A stretch of DNA of 64,000 nucleotides, taken from NCBI GenBank assembly GCA_964276515.1, contig OZ193909.1, forward strand, positions 10,664,001 to 10,728,000, given 5' to 3'. The translations under genes were made by a program, and so were the position numbers. Positions 35,601-49,092 of the stretch are shown here, one piece after another. The stretch is from Gordius albopunctatus (lineage: Eukaryota). The notes under the pieces are model-generated. The model had not been told where the DNA came from and made no database searches. It was given only the letters and a program-made list of their open reading frames with translations. Position 1 is the first letter of the stretch, and each line of letters opens with the position of its first letter.

Positions 35601-38109
35601 TGCAAAAAAACATTTAGTCATCTATTAAATATTGCTTACCCAATTGACTCTATATCAATTATGGCATCGTAGAATTCTCTCTTAGCATCACATAAAAACT
35701 CCATATAGTATAGTATAGCAGGGACCTAACTTGAGATTCACAGCAATGTTGCAATTTTTAACGCCTAAGAGCAGCGATTTAAGAGACGCAAATCTTTGCA
35801 TCAGCCTTTATCTTGTACTATATACAATGGCATCGTAAATTTAAAAATGTTTGTAATTAATTTTGATTGACCTAATAAACTTTATGCAATTAGATAATTA
35901 TTATTTTTATAAATTTTATATTTGTTTAAGCTTCTTCCTACATGTTGTTAGTCATCCCCGTGATTTTATAGATTTCCATTTTTAAATTGGCGACACAAAT
36001 ACTTTAGGATGGGCCGAACCGCTTTTGCAACGAATTTACGAAGACAGAAAAAGAGTGGTTTGTCCCGTTATTGATGTCATTGACGATTCGACGTTTAAAT
36101 TTCATTATTCCGGCGCCATCGGTACAAACTTGGGAGGTTTTGATTGGAATTTGCAATTTAATTGGCACCCCATTCCAGAACGGGAAAAACAGAGGCGGAA
36201 AAGTGTCATCGATGCCTTGCAGTAACTTGAGTTGCTTTATAAAGCATTTATATTTTTTAATGGGCTTATCATTTTTAGTTTTTACAGGAATTTAATATCA
36301 ATTATACGACAATTAATATCCGAATCAAAAAGCCCTCTAAGCAAAATTTTTTAACTTTTATTTTCTCTCCAAATCTTATAAGTCCTCTAATTGCAACAGG
36401 TTGCTCTTTGAGCCTCAAAGTCTTGATATTTTTCACGCCTAAAAACACACTAATGATGAATGCTGCTTTTTCAAAACTTTAGCTCACCAACGATGGCCGG
36501 TGGACTCTTTGCTATTGACAGAAGTTATTTTGAAGAAATTGGCACATACGATGCCGAAATGGAAATATGGGGCGGAGAAAATTTGGAATTATCTTTTCGA
36601 GTATCGTTGCCGAGAATTCTTATACGCGCACAACTTCTTTAATTTTTAATCAACTAATAGATATTTTTAAGTTGCTCTCTATATTATATGTGTGATTTGA
36701 GGTGTGGATGTGCGGCGGGACGCTTGAAATAGTACCTTGCTCTCATATCGGCCACATATTTCGTAAACGAAGTCCCTACAAATGGAAGGCCGGTGAAAAT
36801 GTTTTGAAAAAAAATTCTGTTCGCTTAGCCCTCGTATGGTTGGATGACTATGCCAAATATTATCTTCAACGGATAAACAACGACACGGTATTTAGGATTT
36901 CTAACATTATAAAATTTATCCTATATAATCTAATTAATTTTTAAACAGGGTGATTATGGGGATATATCTTCCAGAGTTGAGCTCCGTAAAAAATTGCAAT
37001 GTAAAAATTTTAATTGGTATGTTAACAACGTTTTTCCCGAATTGTTTGTTCCGGGGGATGCCTATTCTAGTGGAGAAGTTAGTCCAATACATTTTTTATA
37101 CGTTTCGACGATGATTTAAAATTTCCTTTTTTAAGATTCGGAATCTGGGAAATAATTCACTCTATTGCTTGGATTCAGCAGCAAATAAACAAAGCGTAAA
37201 TAAACCTGTTAGTATGTATCCTTGCCATAGAAGCGGTGGAAACCAGGTACATGCTTCACTTATTAGCCTCTTTGTAAAAAATATGCTTGAATTTTTTGGC
37301 TATACTGCTATGGCAACAAAGCCGAGGATAATATCCAATATTATTGCATTTTACTTTGGATTCATAAGATAAATATTTAATAGTTGGATTATGATTTTCA
37401 TGTACATTTTTAAATAAGTGCTTAAAATCTACTACTTTAAATTAATATACCCGACCAACTTAAATTTCATGGGAGAAACATTGTAATTTTAATTTTTTTT
37501 ATATAGTATTGGATGATTAGTAAGGACGGAGAAATAAGGAGAGACGATATGTGTATAGATTACGCTGGTAAAGAACCCGTCATTTTCCCTTGTCACCGTC
37601 AAAAGGGGAATCAATTTTGGGTTTACGACCCCACGGTAAATTTTATTCTGATGTAGACTAACACTTTTTACTCCGGTTTGCCGATGGGCTATAAATGTAC
37701 AAAATAACATGCAAACACTATCCGACTACATTTTTCACTATTTTTATATGATTTGGTGTAAGTTAATTCTTTTTGTCGATAATAGCTTTAGTCGGCCTAT
37801 ATTTTGCCCAAATAATACATAAACATTAATTCAAAGAGCAAAAAATCTTTGGTTTCTCAATAATAAAATTAAAATACGCTATGGCTTATCAGTCGTTTTT
37901 ATCGTCTTGCACAAACTCATATTAATTTGTTGTTGCAGAAAAAAACGATACTCCATTACTTCAGTAAAAAATGTTTGGAAATGAACCCTGACGGTCAAAG
38001 CTTAAGAATGGATCTCTGCCACGAAACCCCATTTCAAAAATGGTTCGTGGAAAATTACAAGCACGACAAAGCTTCAAATGAAATAGTTGACTCTTCCAAA
38101 AGCATTTAA
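32679..38109 (+). CDS. GALNT: Polypeptide N-acetylgalactosaminyltransferase (pgant9/gly-5-like); exons 32679-33174, 33577-33724, 34284-34450, 34604-34768, 36008-36221, 36483-36600, 36702-36887, 36949-37077, 37136-37246, 37507-37635, 37939-38109
   Basis: N-terminal TM anchor; [77 protein letters not shown]; ricin repeats [25 protein letters not shown]. Frames are consistent across introns; the start codon is less certain. Confidence 0.95.
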
Positions 38110-38655
38110 GTTTTCCAATTACATTGCACCACTACTGTATGTCCGAAATCATTTCGAACGCGCGCCATATTTTAAAATATTCTCATTTTGTCAAGGTGAT
38201 TCTGTTCAACGCCCATACCTTTTTGGCGTGAATGAAGTTAAGGGTTTTTAGTCATTCAAACTTAAATATGTCTAAAAAAGTGCTTTATCGATATATAATG
38301 GGTTTAACGAAATATTTATAAATATACGAAATATGTATAAAACTAAGCAATATGTTTTATATATGATTGTTGGTTGTTATTTCCTTTTGTCAAATAAATT
38401 TGTAAATAATTTATTTCTTGGTAATTATTGATATATGCCAGCGTTCTTAAGCGGGTTTTTAAATAGAGGTTTTACTTATTGAGCCAGAAATACCTTGTAT
38501 TGGTGGTTGAGCTAGTGTACTCTCGTGATCCAAGAAGCTATAAACACAATTTTTGTGTTTGTTACTGGTGGGGTCACCCTATTGGCGAGGTTCTTGGTGA
38601 AGGGTCAGACTAAAATTTCTTGCCTTTTTGAGGGAGTACTAGTGAAATGGAAGTG

Positions 38656-38826
38656 CTAGATTAAGCCTATCAATACGAGTGGTCTAAAGAAAAGCTTAAT
38701 TCACCAAAATGACGGGATCATAAAGAATAGTAGGAAGTCAAGAGCCAAAATCTAACATAGTTCTGTCAGGCTTGGAAGGCCGGGATATCAATACTCCCTC
38801 ATTCCATATAAACCAAAATGTATACT
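38656..38826 (+). repeat. Copy of the RTE LINE 5' region (matches 54724-54894)
   Basis: 171-bp near-identical block ctagattaagcctatc..ccaaaatgtatact; probably extends upstream to ~38560 (ggtgaagggtcagactaa). Confidence 0.85.
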
Positions 38827-39088
38827 TATTTTTGGCCTCGACTTTAAATATAGGTATTTTTTGTTTTTTAGTTAATACATAGAAAAAATATGTTGACATT
38901 AAGGTTATTTTTCTTACACTCGCGTAAAATGCTTTCGGGTGGGGTCGGGTTGAAAAAAAGTGATCGATTATTTGCTCACAACGGCACAGCTAGGTACCGG
39001 ACTTTATTGCAATTGCAGGGAGTTCATTCGGTTTTTCATGATTATTACAGTAACAAGTGGGCTCGGCTCGTCAATTATATGGCACAAC

Positions 39089-39223
39089 CATAGGCGTAGC
39101 CAGGGGGTGGAGGGGCTGCTTCCCCCGCTTAATAAGAAAAATCCTTTAAAATTTAATATATTTATGGCTCCCCTCCTTGAATAATTATTGCCACCTCTAA
39201 ATCCAATCCTGGCTACTCCCATG
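39089..39223. mobile_element. 135-bp MITE (hAT-type)
   Basis: TIRs cataggcgtagccagg / cctggctactcccatg; degenerate 8-bp TSD ggcacaac / ggctcaag. Confidence 0.7.
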
Positions 39224-42200
39224 GGCTCAAGGCACGCAGAAATGTAGATTGAGGTCGTGGCTAGGAGAACCTCCAGCCCTTAGGTCCCGACCGTGAAGCA
39301 AAAGTACTATGCGTTTAATGTTCCTCCGCAGAAGCGCCAATATAAAAGATTTTAAAGGTCATTCCAACAATTTTGAGTGTTTGCTTCCAAGAAATGAGAG
39401 TTAACGTTGACAAACCTTGCATAGTTGGAAGGCGACATCAAGGATGGCTTCAGGCTGTAATAGTAAATGACAATATTAAGATCATAATTTAATGGACGGT
39501 GCGAAAAGAAAGTTAAAAGGGAACCCGAACCCCCCCCCCAATTTTGTTGGGAAGCAAGTAGATTAAGCATTTATTGTTTCTTCAATTAAAGCCTATAGTA
39601 GTTATATCAACCTTATTAGGCCTCCCCCATGTAAGAACACCGAAGAGGAACAAAAGATATGCATGATTCTCGGAATTTAAAAGACAATTTGTAAGTAGAA
39701 ATATAGGCTTGGTGCGCGGGGAGGTGTTAAAGAGAGCGAAGGGTTAAATGTCGCCGGTTGGCGTTTGAATTAAAATTAATGAGGAAAGAGGAATTTCTTT
39801 GTAAGGGATAAGATGCTGGCTGCTGATGAATGGCGTAGAGAAAATTGAAGTTGAGCGGAAAGAGTGCTTACTAGGGTTTGATAAGACCTTGGTCAAAGTA
39901 ATACCGCATTTTTAAGGTTAAATTGTTCCTAGCAGTGGCCATAATGAATTGCCACGCTGATTACCGTCAGCAGAGTTGATGATACACATTCTTGATGTAA
40001 AATGGAAACAGATTTGCATTAGAAAAGGCACAGTCTTCGCCGAAATATTTTTTTGGTTCGTAGAGGAAGTTGGATTAACTATATAATCAATTTAGGCAAC
40101 TATCGCGAAGTTTCGGGTGTTATTGAAGCTATTTAGCCTCCTCCTTAAACCCCCGACATAGTTTAATTGCGTTGTAGCGTTTCACAACACCTATGCTTTT
40201 GATCCGACTAATTTTACGTTTGCCGCATAGTCTGCGAAGAACATAGCCCAAATCTGTACGCTGAATCAGATATCAGATTTGTTTTAACATTTCTGCCCTA
40301 ACCCGCCCCCGGCTAATTTTTCCTTAAATTAAGTGTCCTCCCGGCCATGCCAAAATCGTAAAAGCTGTCAGAACAGCCCGACCCGAAATGATGGGTTTTT
40401 AATTTTCTGGCAGAATTTTCGTTATACTTCAAGAATTTAAAATCCAATCCTCGATTTCTTATTGTAAAGAACTTTCATTAATAAATATAAAAAAGGATAA
40501 ATAATACACAACAAAATAGTATAATTATTAATTAAATGTAAGCCCGAATTGCCAGAATCTTGTTATGGTGCCCGCTCGAACCTGCCCAAAAATCTAAATT
40601 TACGATAGTTGCAGAGCCGATCCCTGGGTGGGGCTCCGGGCTAAATACCACCATCTAATTTATTGATTTATAAGTGGGACACCGAAAAAATATAAGGCTA
40701 CATTTGGGGTACTAGGCCTTTTTCTTTAGTAAATGAGATTGGTGAGAGCATATGGATTCAATCCCACAGCTAAGATCTACAAATAATTCCCATTTTATGG
40801 ATTTAATTCCATTTTACACTTACTTTTAAAACACCGATACTCCCTCATCATGACTAAACAAAATAAGGAAAACAAATCTGATAACAACCTGGCATATGTG
40901 CCTTAGAACAAACAGTCTCCCTAATACAATCAATACTTATTTAGGTGCATGGGTCGATGCAAAGGATCAGTGTAAAGACTTCTCCCCTATACAATAGAAC
41001 TTCTTCCAACAATTAATATTTCCTGCGCTCTTTGACAGGGGCAGGACTCAACAGCCTACGCGCAGATCTTAATAGAACACTTTACACTTTTCTGAATATG
41101 TAGAAAAATTGTCTAACATATTTTATTTTTAAAAACTTTCGTTATGAATAGCAAATAAAATAATTTTTTTAATAAATGTATCATTTAAATTTTAAATCCA
41201 GAAAGGAAAAAATGCATTTATATATTTGAAAATTTTTCACAATAGTGTTTAAATGTAACCGTTTTTTTATTTTTCAGGGTTTGTCTAACAATCCAAGGAC
41301 TAAATATTTTGTGCAACTAATTATCTAATAAATAAACAGTGACTGGGTTGTTTTTTTAGATTTAAGTTACCATACCCAAAGGACTTTTAAAGTACTGTTT
41401 GAGAAGGTCGACATCAATTGTCAAAAAAATTTGCTTACTACAAGCGTGAGATCAAATTAACTTATCTAGCCAAAAAATATACGGTTTATCAGACACGCGC
41501 ATCACTTCCTAGATACATAAGCAGCCCTTGTATGGAATTAATCCTAAGGCGCTAAAAAGGCAAAGGGACATGTTAAACTATGCCTTTAAATGCATACGCG
41601 GTTAAAAATAAATGTTAAACAAATTTACTAGATTATATAATCCATAATCTCCTATAAAAATCTTGCCTGAACAAAGCCATACTCCAAAACGCTTTATTTA
41701 TAAAAAAAATAGGCTCCGTCTTTATCGTTAAAAATCGATAACGAAGTTCACAACTCCTCAGCTGTATATGCTTAGAATTTTGAGTGGAATTAACGACACA
41801 ATCGTTGTCAAAATTGTAAACGCCGTTAAAAATTCAATAACATTTAATAAGCATTTTTAATTTGTTTTAATGTGTCAACAAAGTAAAAATTTACTATGTA
41901 AAATTGTAAACCGATAAAACCTAGTGATGGTAATTGATTTACAACAAGGAATATAATATAAAAATTGCTGCTTCTGAGACGTAATAATTTGATACATAAC
42001 ATACAACTTTAAATAGGTATATCACATGGGAGATGAGTGGTGAGAACGTAAAAATATTACAGGGTTTTCCAGGAACGTCTATTATGTTTCCCAAAGACTG
42101 TTTTGTCCTAAAAATATTGTGATTCTCGCATCGATGAATTTACAAATTAATCTCCCCTCGTGCAATTCTTATGGAAGAATTCGAGTATTTCTGCGACAAT

Positions 42201-42310
42201 ATTAATCTTTGATTGGAATGCAATAGACATTTGTGGGAAAACCCGTAAATAGGTGACTAAATGTGGCAAAACAAGTGTCGGGGGCTATCTCACGGACGTC
42301 ACATGACAGG

Positions 42311-44881
42311 CTAACAAGCGTGGTTGATCGAAAGCAAAGAATTCGTCTTGTAGCTCTTTATTAAGGGGTACACGGGGATGGGCTGTTGAAGACTATTAGG
42401 AGGGGCGCCCTGCTGCTTCTTCTTCTTATTTTTCCGCCACCTAGCGACGGCCGGTTCAACGAGCATTATTAAGCCAGAGAAGAGTATAAGCGCGCCAGCG
42501 AGATAAAAGGTAGATGCATACGATTTGGTTATGTCGCTCACCCAACCCCCGATAGGTGGTCCGGTGAGGCTGCCGATGCCTTGAGCAGTTAGGAGTAGGC
42601 CGTAACTCGATGTAAATTCTTCCAACCCCATCAAATCGACCAAGATTATGGAGGTGAGACTGTAGTTGGCGCTAATTAAAAAGCCGTACAGGGCTGACAA
42701 TATGCACAAGCTGTAAAAGTCGGAGAAAAAATTGAAGGCGAAACAGCTCAGTCCGCACCCCGCCGTGGCGAAGGTGTAAAGGTAAATAGTGTTGAATTGC
42801 GGTCTATCAGCGAGGTAGCCGAAAAATATTTGACCTATCGTGTTGACGATGCCCATGATGGAGAGTAAAAAACCGGCGCGATAGGGCGATATGCCGTAGG
42901 AAATGGCCCGATCCACGACGTACAAATGTGGTATATCGTCGCAGAGGCAGAGGAGAAAGTTGGAGATGAAGAATAGGAGGTAAGTGATATCCTTCAACAT
43001 GGTGAAGTCGCACATGGCTTTAAGGGTGTCGATCAATTCGCTAAACAACTCGGCTACCGTGTAATTCGCGTTGCCGCGTCTCAAGCTGCTCGTGTACACG
43101 TCGGGACAACTAGAAGCCCTTATCATATATTTGGGGGTGTTGAGCATGCAGCCCCGACTAGTTATGTTAGAACGGTTGAGGCGGAGGAAGCGGTAGCGCT
43201 CGGCCTTACGCATTTTTTCCACGTGCTGGAACCAGAGCTCTTGCGGCGTGCAGTGGTGATGATGCGCTGTGCCACCGGGTTGCTGAGAAATGCTGCTGCG
43301 CCCTTTAACGACGCCATCACTAGCGGCACCCGAAGTTTTGTGCATCGGGGTAGTAGGGGGCGATGTCACCCTGGGCTGGGCTTGGTTGAGGATGTCGGGG
43401 CGAATTAGGGGTAGCAGCTGGATGAGGTTGTCGATGTTGTAATCCTTGTGCAACGATTCGTAAGCTTCGTTAGCGAGTATCGGGTTATTCATTAGGAAGG
43501 TGGGTATGTCCAGGGTCGAGTGAGCGCGATATTTGTCGAGATCTTCCTCCGAAACTGAGTTGGGGGGATAGTAGTCGTTATTTTGTAGATTAATTACGTC
43601 ACCCGTCAACAAGGCGATGTTGCCGTGCTGATCCTTAGTTCGGTCCTGAAAATCGTCAAGCCGGGCTTGATATTTTCGTTTCTTCCGCTCGACGGCTAGA
43701 TTTTCAGGCCATTCCACCGGCCTCATCAGAGCACCCAAAACCACGATGTTGAGGAAGAGGCCGGATAAAAGGAGCGTCACCCCGCGCCAATGGTAGCGTT
43801 GGATAAGAGTTTCGATACAGGCGCCGAAGGCAAAGGCGCCAACGCCCGACCCCGATGTCGAGAGGCCGGTAGCGAATGCGCGTCGCGACTCGAAATAAAA
43901 GGCAACTACAACGATGGAAGCCACGTTAACGAGGGATAGCCCTAGTCCCGTAATCAGGCCCATAGTGACGAAGAGAGCCTCGATGCGCTTGACAAAAACG
44001 CTAGCGCCAAAGCCGATGAACGAAATCAAACCACCGAGAATGGTCATCTTACGACACCCGTACGTATCGATTAGGATACTAGCTACGGGGCCGGCTAGCA
44101 AGGGAACGGCGTAATAGATGGAAACGACGAAGGCTGTTTTACCGCGACTTTGTTGAAAGTGATCCAAGAAGGCAACGTACAAAACACCGAACGCGAATCC
44201 CACCCCGTCCGTAATGAAGTGGGTCATGAAGGAGGCAAAAACTATAACCCAACCCCATCCCCCGTTAGGAGCAGGTGGTATAGTAGATTCGGAAGAGGAT
44301 GAAGAGGTGTCGTCTTCGTCAACATTGACATTAGCACCTATTGCCAAAAATATATATTATTTACTTTGGGTTTGGATATACAAGCAGTTAAAATTTGGTA
44401 CTGACTGGTATAAATACCCAAATCGTTTAATATATGAAGAATGGTTTAAATGTTAATTTTATATAACATGTTGTGAATTACCGTGTGGGCCTCCTTGGTA
44501 GCTGGAATTTTGATTGACTTCGAGTGGGGGCGGCCCGAGGGTAGGTATCCCATTGCAAAAATTGTTTCGAGAATTTTTTTGCAGGGAAAGGGCGGATTGA
44601 TAATGTGCATTACCTCCTTTGGCCATCTCCAAACGTCCGTTTGCTTGGATCCTTGGACGCTGTAAAAATTTTGGACTTGCACCGGGGGAGGACTTACAAT
44701 GCTTCGGTGTAAAGATAAGCTCGACCGAGCGCGAGTGATTTAATTTGGGTTGGTCGTGCCTTGGCATCGTGGAAGATAATAATTTTGATATGAAGGAGCT
44801 ACTCCTAGGCAACATTGGTTTGTATGCAGTATTGGTGTTTGTTTGGTGTTTACTTTTGGCAGAACCAACGTTTGATTCCAT
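42311..44881 (-). CDS. Monocarboxylate transporter (SLC16 family, MFS); exons 44881-44482 and 44337-42311 (~808 aa)
   Basis: PPAPNGGWGWVIVFASF signature, YFESRRAFATGL, ~12 hydrophobic helices with a long central loop (RASSCPD), GPPIGGW; a 144-nt phase-1 GT-AG intron joins the upstream ORF in frame. Confidence 0.92.
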
Positions 44882-46742
44882 TTTACGATGATTTTATTGT
44901 ACAAATGATTGAAAAATTAAAAATACAACCTCTCCGTTGGCGCAATAAAATACATAATCTGGCACCCTAAGAGGTAGGTTAAAAATCATTATATTTATAA
45001 TTGCCATTTTAGGCGCGCAGGAAAAATTTAATTAGCGTTTATAATGAACATTGGTTAAGCGATCAATAAAATTGAGTGTAAAAAACGTTCGGCGACCGCT
45101 GTATATAAAAAGATATGAATGAAGATGTACTGAACACAAATTTAGGCTACAAAAAAATCAAAATAGTTCTTAAATATATGACACACTTATTGCACATAAT
45201 ATAAATCGAAATTGTCTTTACTATCAAAAAATTGAATAATTGTTTATTTTGTAATGGTTACCACCATTAATAAAATGGGCAGAAATGGATATTGGTCTGC
45301 ATGGTTTGGTACTTGCATAGTTAATTTTTGAGTTATTCAAAAATAACTATATAATAAAACTTATTCGAAATAATCATTTAACAATAATTTTTAATTGACA
45401 TTTAACTTTAGTGAAATATTTGCAGCATAAACATTAAAACAAATTTATATTGTAAACTAAAAGAACCAATTTCTATACCACTCTTAATAAATTCCTAAAC
45501 TATAAAAATAACTAAAATGTATACCTCACTACCATACCACAGCATTAACAACAATGGTTTTTAAAATACATTTTATAATAATAAATATTTTTTGATGATA
45601 ACTTTATATAGTAAAAAATTTCAGACTGACTTTAAGCTTGGCTATAAAATATTTGTAATTAAATTTATTTACTACTTAATACAAAGCAAAAATAAATTAA
45701 CAAAAAAGAAAATGTTAAAATAATATAAATTAAATACTTATATATAATTAAATATGAATGCTTTTCATAAATTAGAATGAAATTATGAAAATTATTAATA
45801 GTGGAAAAAAATTACTATTAAAACGCATTTTAAAATTGGCTATTATTTGTTAGCTATAGTCAAAATATGCTTAAAAAAATTATTTTACCTATAAAATAAG
45901 CTCTTGACTGTATTATAAATTAAATAAATTATTGAGATTCACAAAAATGGCATTCATTATGATTAGAATGGCAATAATCCAAAAAGGACAATAACTGTAT
46001 ACATCCAAAAATGAATACAGGGCAATTCGTTCAGGTGACATAACTTTACATTAAAAAAATGGAAATCGTTAAATCCAACACGATTTATGCCATCCGTTTA
46101 GTTATAGCGCGTTTTTATATTTTTTCAGTCGTTTATGTAATTTTTTTGTATAATAAAATATTTATTATTGTTTTAGATTTTATTATAAATATTTACTAAT
46201 TAGTAGGTGGGAGCTTGTTGAAAATTTATGAATGTGCAGAATATACTTAAATCATTTTTTTTCAAATATGGAAAAGGCGTGGCACAACGTAGTTTTCTAA
46301 TATTCAAGAAAAGCATCGAGGTTACAAAAAAAAATGGCATAAGTGTAGTGGTGCTAACATGGGCATTTTATTAATTTATTTGAATTATTTATTATAGAGA
46401 TATATGAATGATAGCATCTACAATATCGGGTCACATTTAATAAAAATATATAGCTTTGCAAATGAATCATTTAATATATTTAAACTATTTGTTGTAAGAA
46501 TAAATATATATGTAGTTTAAATTAATAACACAGGTCTCCAAAAAAATCATCCCGTTATCTAACCTATAATTGAGAATTTTGCACTGATTAATAATGTGTT
46601 TTTAGTTTTTCCCCAAAACCTTCGGTTTTTAAGATAAACGAGGCTGAAGGTGCAAAAAATGCCCATTTTAATCCATTTTGAGGCTCAATAGCCACGAAAT
46701 TTTTAATTTATATCAAAAAAGACATTTGGAAACTCTAAACCT

Positions 46743-46986
46743 TTTTGGGTTGAAATTGGATTACATCAAGAATCTGGTATAAGTCCCTTTTTATTTAATA
46801 TGATTACGGGTACGATAACGAGAGACATTTAAAAGCCATCGCCTTGGTGTATGCTATATGCCGATGATATCGTAATATGCAAAGAAACAATTGAGAAAGT
46901 ATTCGAAGAAGCCGAAGAGTGGTCAAAAAGTTTAGCTGAATATAGCTTAAAGGTCAACCATAGAAAAACGGTATACGTGGAAATGA
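46743..46986 (+). mobile_element. RTE-type LINE reverse transcriptase fragment
   Basis: GLHQESGISPFLFNMI..I*KPSPWCMLYADDIVIC..LKVNHRKTVY; a diverged relative of the RT at 56330-57889. Confidence 0.8.
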
Positions 46987-47669
46987 CCGTTACAGGCACC
47001 CCATCGCTAGATTACCATTGAGTATTCAACCTATGGCGGACTTGATTAACTAGAGGCGATAGGGTATCAACACATTGATTCTCATTATTACTACGATATT
47101 TGATGCCAAACTGATAGTAATTTTAAAAACGTACTAGCATATTATTTATCATTTTGGTAAATCCGGATTGGGTAGTTTAATTCCTTATTAACTTGAGTAG
47201 GGTAAAATTTTTAGTAATCATCATGATGGTAACGTTTAAGATGTCGTTGAAGACCTGAAGTATTGCTATCAGTCTTACTACTTTAAAGCACAATTCACAC
47301 TTCCACATTTTATTTGATTCATCCTTGGATTTTGTCAAATTTTCGAGCAGCTTTCTTTTTTTTGAGATGGATAATGAACTTGTTGCGCATAATTCATTAT
47401 AGGTCTGAAATTTTTATATTATATAATAATGATATACAAATAAGTAATAAATACATAATTAATTGTTCATATACTCTAAGGGCCACATGTCGTCTATTGA
47501 ATAAAATTATATTACAAATTTGAAATTCGCACGAAGCGGATAATTCGGTGCGTAAGTAATTTAGTATCAAAAGTTTCAAATTCATATTAATTTGCATTTA
47601 ATATCCTAAATGTAATAAAATAAAGAATTTTAATTAGCTAAATTAAGTCTCAATAGTTAAAAATAAAAA

Positions 47670-47782
47670 GCCGAGATCTCGACTATAAAATCTCGTCTCG
47701 TCTCTTCTCGGGGTAAAATTTCTCATCTCGATCTCGTTTTACGAGACGAGAACGAGATTTTTCTTGGTTTTGGCGCATCACT
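47670..47782. mobile_element. Right end of a DNA transposon with cgaga subterminal repeats; a left end of the same family starts at 53346
   Basis: ..gagacgagaacgagatttttcttggttttggcgcatcacta versus tagtgatgcgtaaaaaccgagaaaaatctc at 53346; similar motifs at 12235-12335. Confidence 0.55.
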
Positions 47783-48229
47783 AGTGTCGTATCCGAAGAT
47801 TTGTCCCACCCCCCATGCTTATTTAAAAGTTCATTCATTACAAGATTCTTTTGATCTTACGCGCCGCGCCGTACAACATCTGTGTACTGATTATATACAT
47901 AGTACTGAACCCTACCACTTCAAAGGCGGTTGTTATTCCCCCCCCCCACGCGCTTATACGTATTTGTTATTTCTCCCCCTGATATTATTATTGCATGCGT
48001 CATTGATATTGATAACGCGATTCGATAAAATAATATAATTTTTCTTCTCTCTTAGTTTTTTTATAATGAATAAAATAAAATAACCGGCCATGTAAGTGTT
48101 AATAAATTTAAGTAGATATTTAAGCCGGCCCTATTCCCCCATCTCTTAATCCGCCTATATCACCGCTCGGATATATACTTTAAAATAAAAATTAGGAATA
48201 CGAAAACTAGCTTGAACAGTAAACTCGAG

Positions 48230-48911
48230 CAGATAGTAGATTGAATTGCTATTTGTTAAAATTTAGTAACTTACAATATTTGCTTATATTATATACCATA
48301 AATAAATAAAGAACTTTGCCCCCCCCCCTATTTTTTATCCTCTTTCTCACCAGGGGTGAGGGGGGGGCGTATTTTTACTCTCTTTGATAACAGAGGGGAA
48401 GGGGGTGATTTGCCCCCCCCCCCTTTTACCCCCTTTCTTACCAGGGGGAAGAGGGTGAATTGATCCCCCCCTCCTTATTTTTTACTCTCCTTCTTACCAA
48501 AGGGGAGGAAGGTGATTTGCCCCCCCCCCCATTTTTACCCTCTTTCTCGTGATTTGCCACCTTTCCCTATATTTTACTCTAAAAAATAGGGGGGGGGGGA
48601 GATCACCCTCTCCCCCTGGAAAAAAAGAGAAAAAAATTAAGGGGGGCAAATCATACCCCCCCTTCCCATCCGAGTGAGAAAGAGGGTAAAAAATAGAGGC
48701 GGGGGGCAAATTATCCCCCTACCCCCTGGTAAGAAAAATAGTAAAAAGTAAGGTGGGGGGGGGGGGGGGTAAATCACCCCCCCCCCCTTGAGAAAAAGGG
48801 TAATTAGAAAGAGGGTAAAAAATAAGGGGTGCGGGGCAAAGTTCTTAATTAATATGAGCAAATATTGTAAGTTACTAAATTTTAACAAATAGCAATTCAA
48901 TCTACTATCTG
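48230..48911. mobile_element. Foldback-type long inverted-repeat element with internal C-tract/G-tract subrepeats
   Basis: cagatagtagattgaattgctatttgttaaaatttagtaacttacaatatttgct.. is the reverse complement of the segment ending at 48911; the inner arms are repeated tttgcccccccc..ttttaccctctttct units mirrored on the other side. Confidence 0.85.
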
Positions 48912-49092
48912 ACTGTTAAAACTATTGCACCAAACAGCGAACACTCATTATGCTAAACAAGCAAACAGCAAGTGTGTGTGCTCGCATTTGTAGTTGAAGC
49001 TACTTAGCAATTTAACAACACTAGCTTGCACCCTTATATTTATAAACGCTATCAATTGAAAGCAATTCTACCTTCAATTACAAACATATGTT

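Noticed and set aside
39330..40420. Moderately GC-rich stretch, possible old LINE on the minus strand
   Set aside because: No unambiguous catalytic motif recovered.
48494..48900. Pro/Gly/Phe-rich ORFs
   Set aside because: Artefacts of G/C homopolymer tracts in the foldback element.
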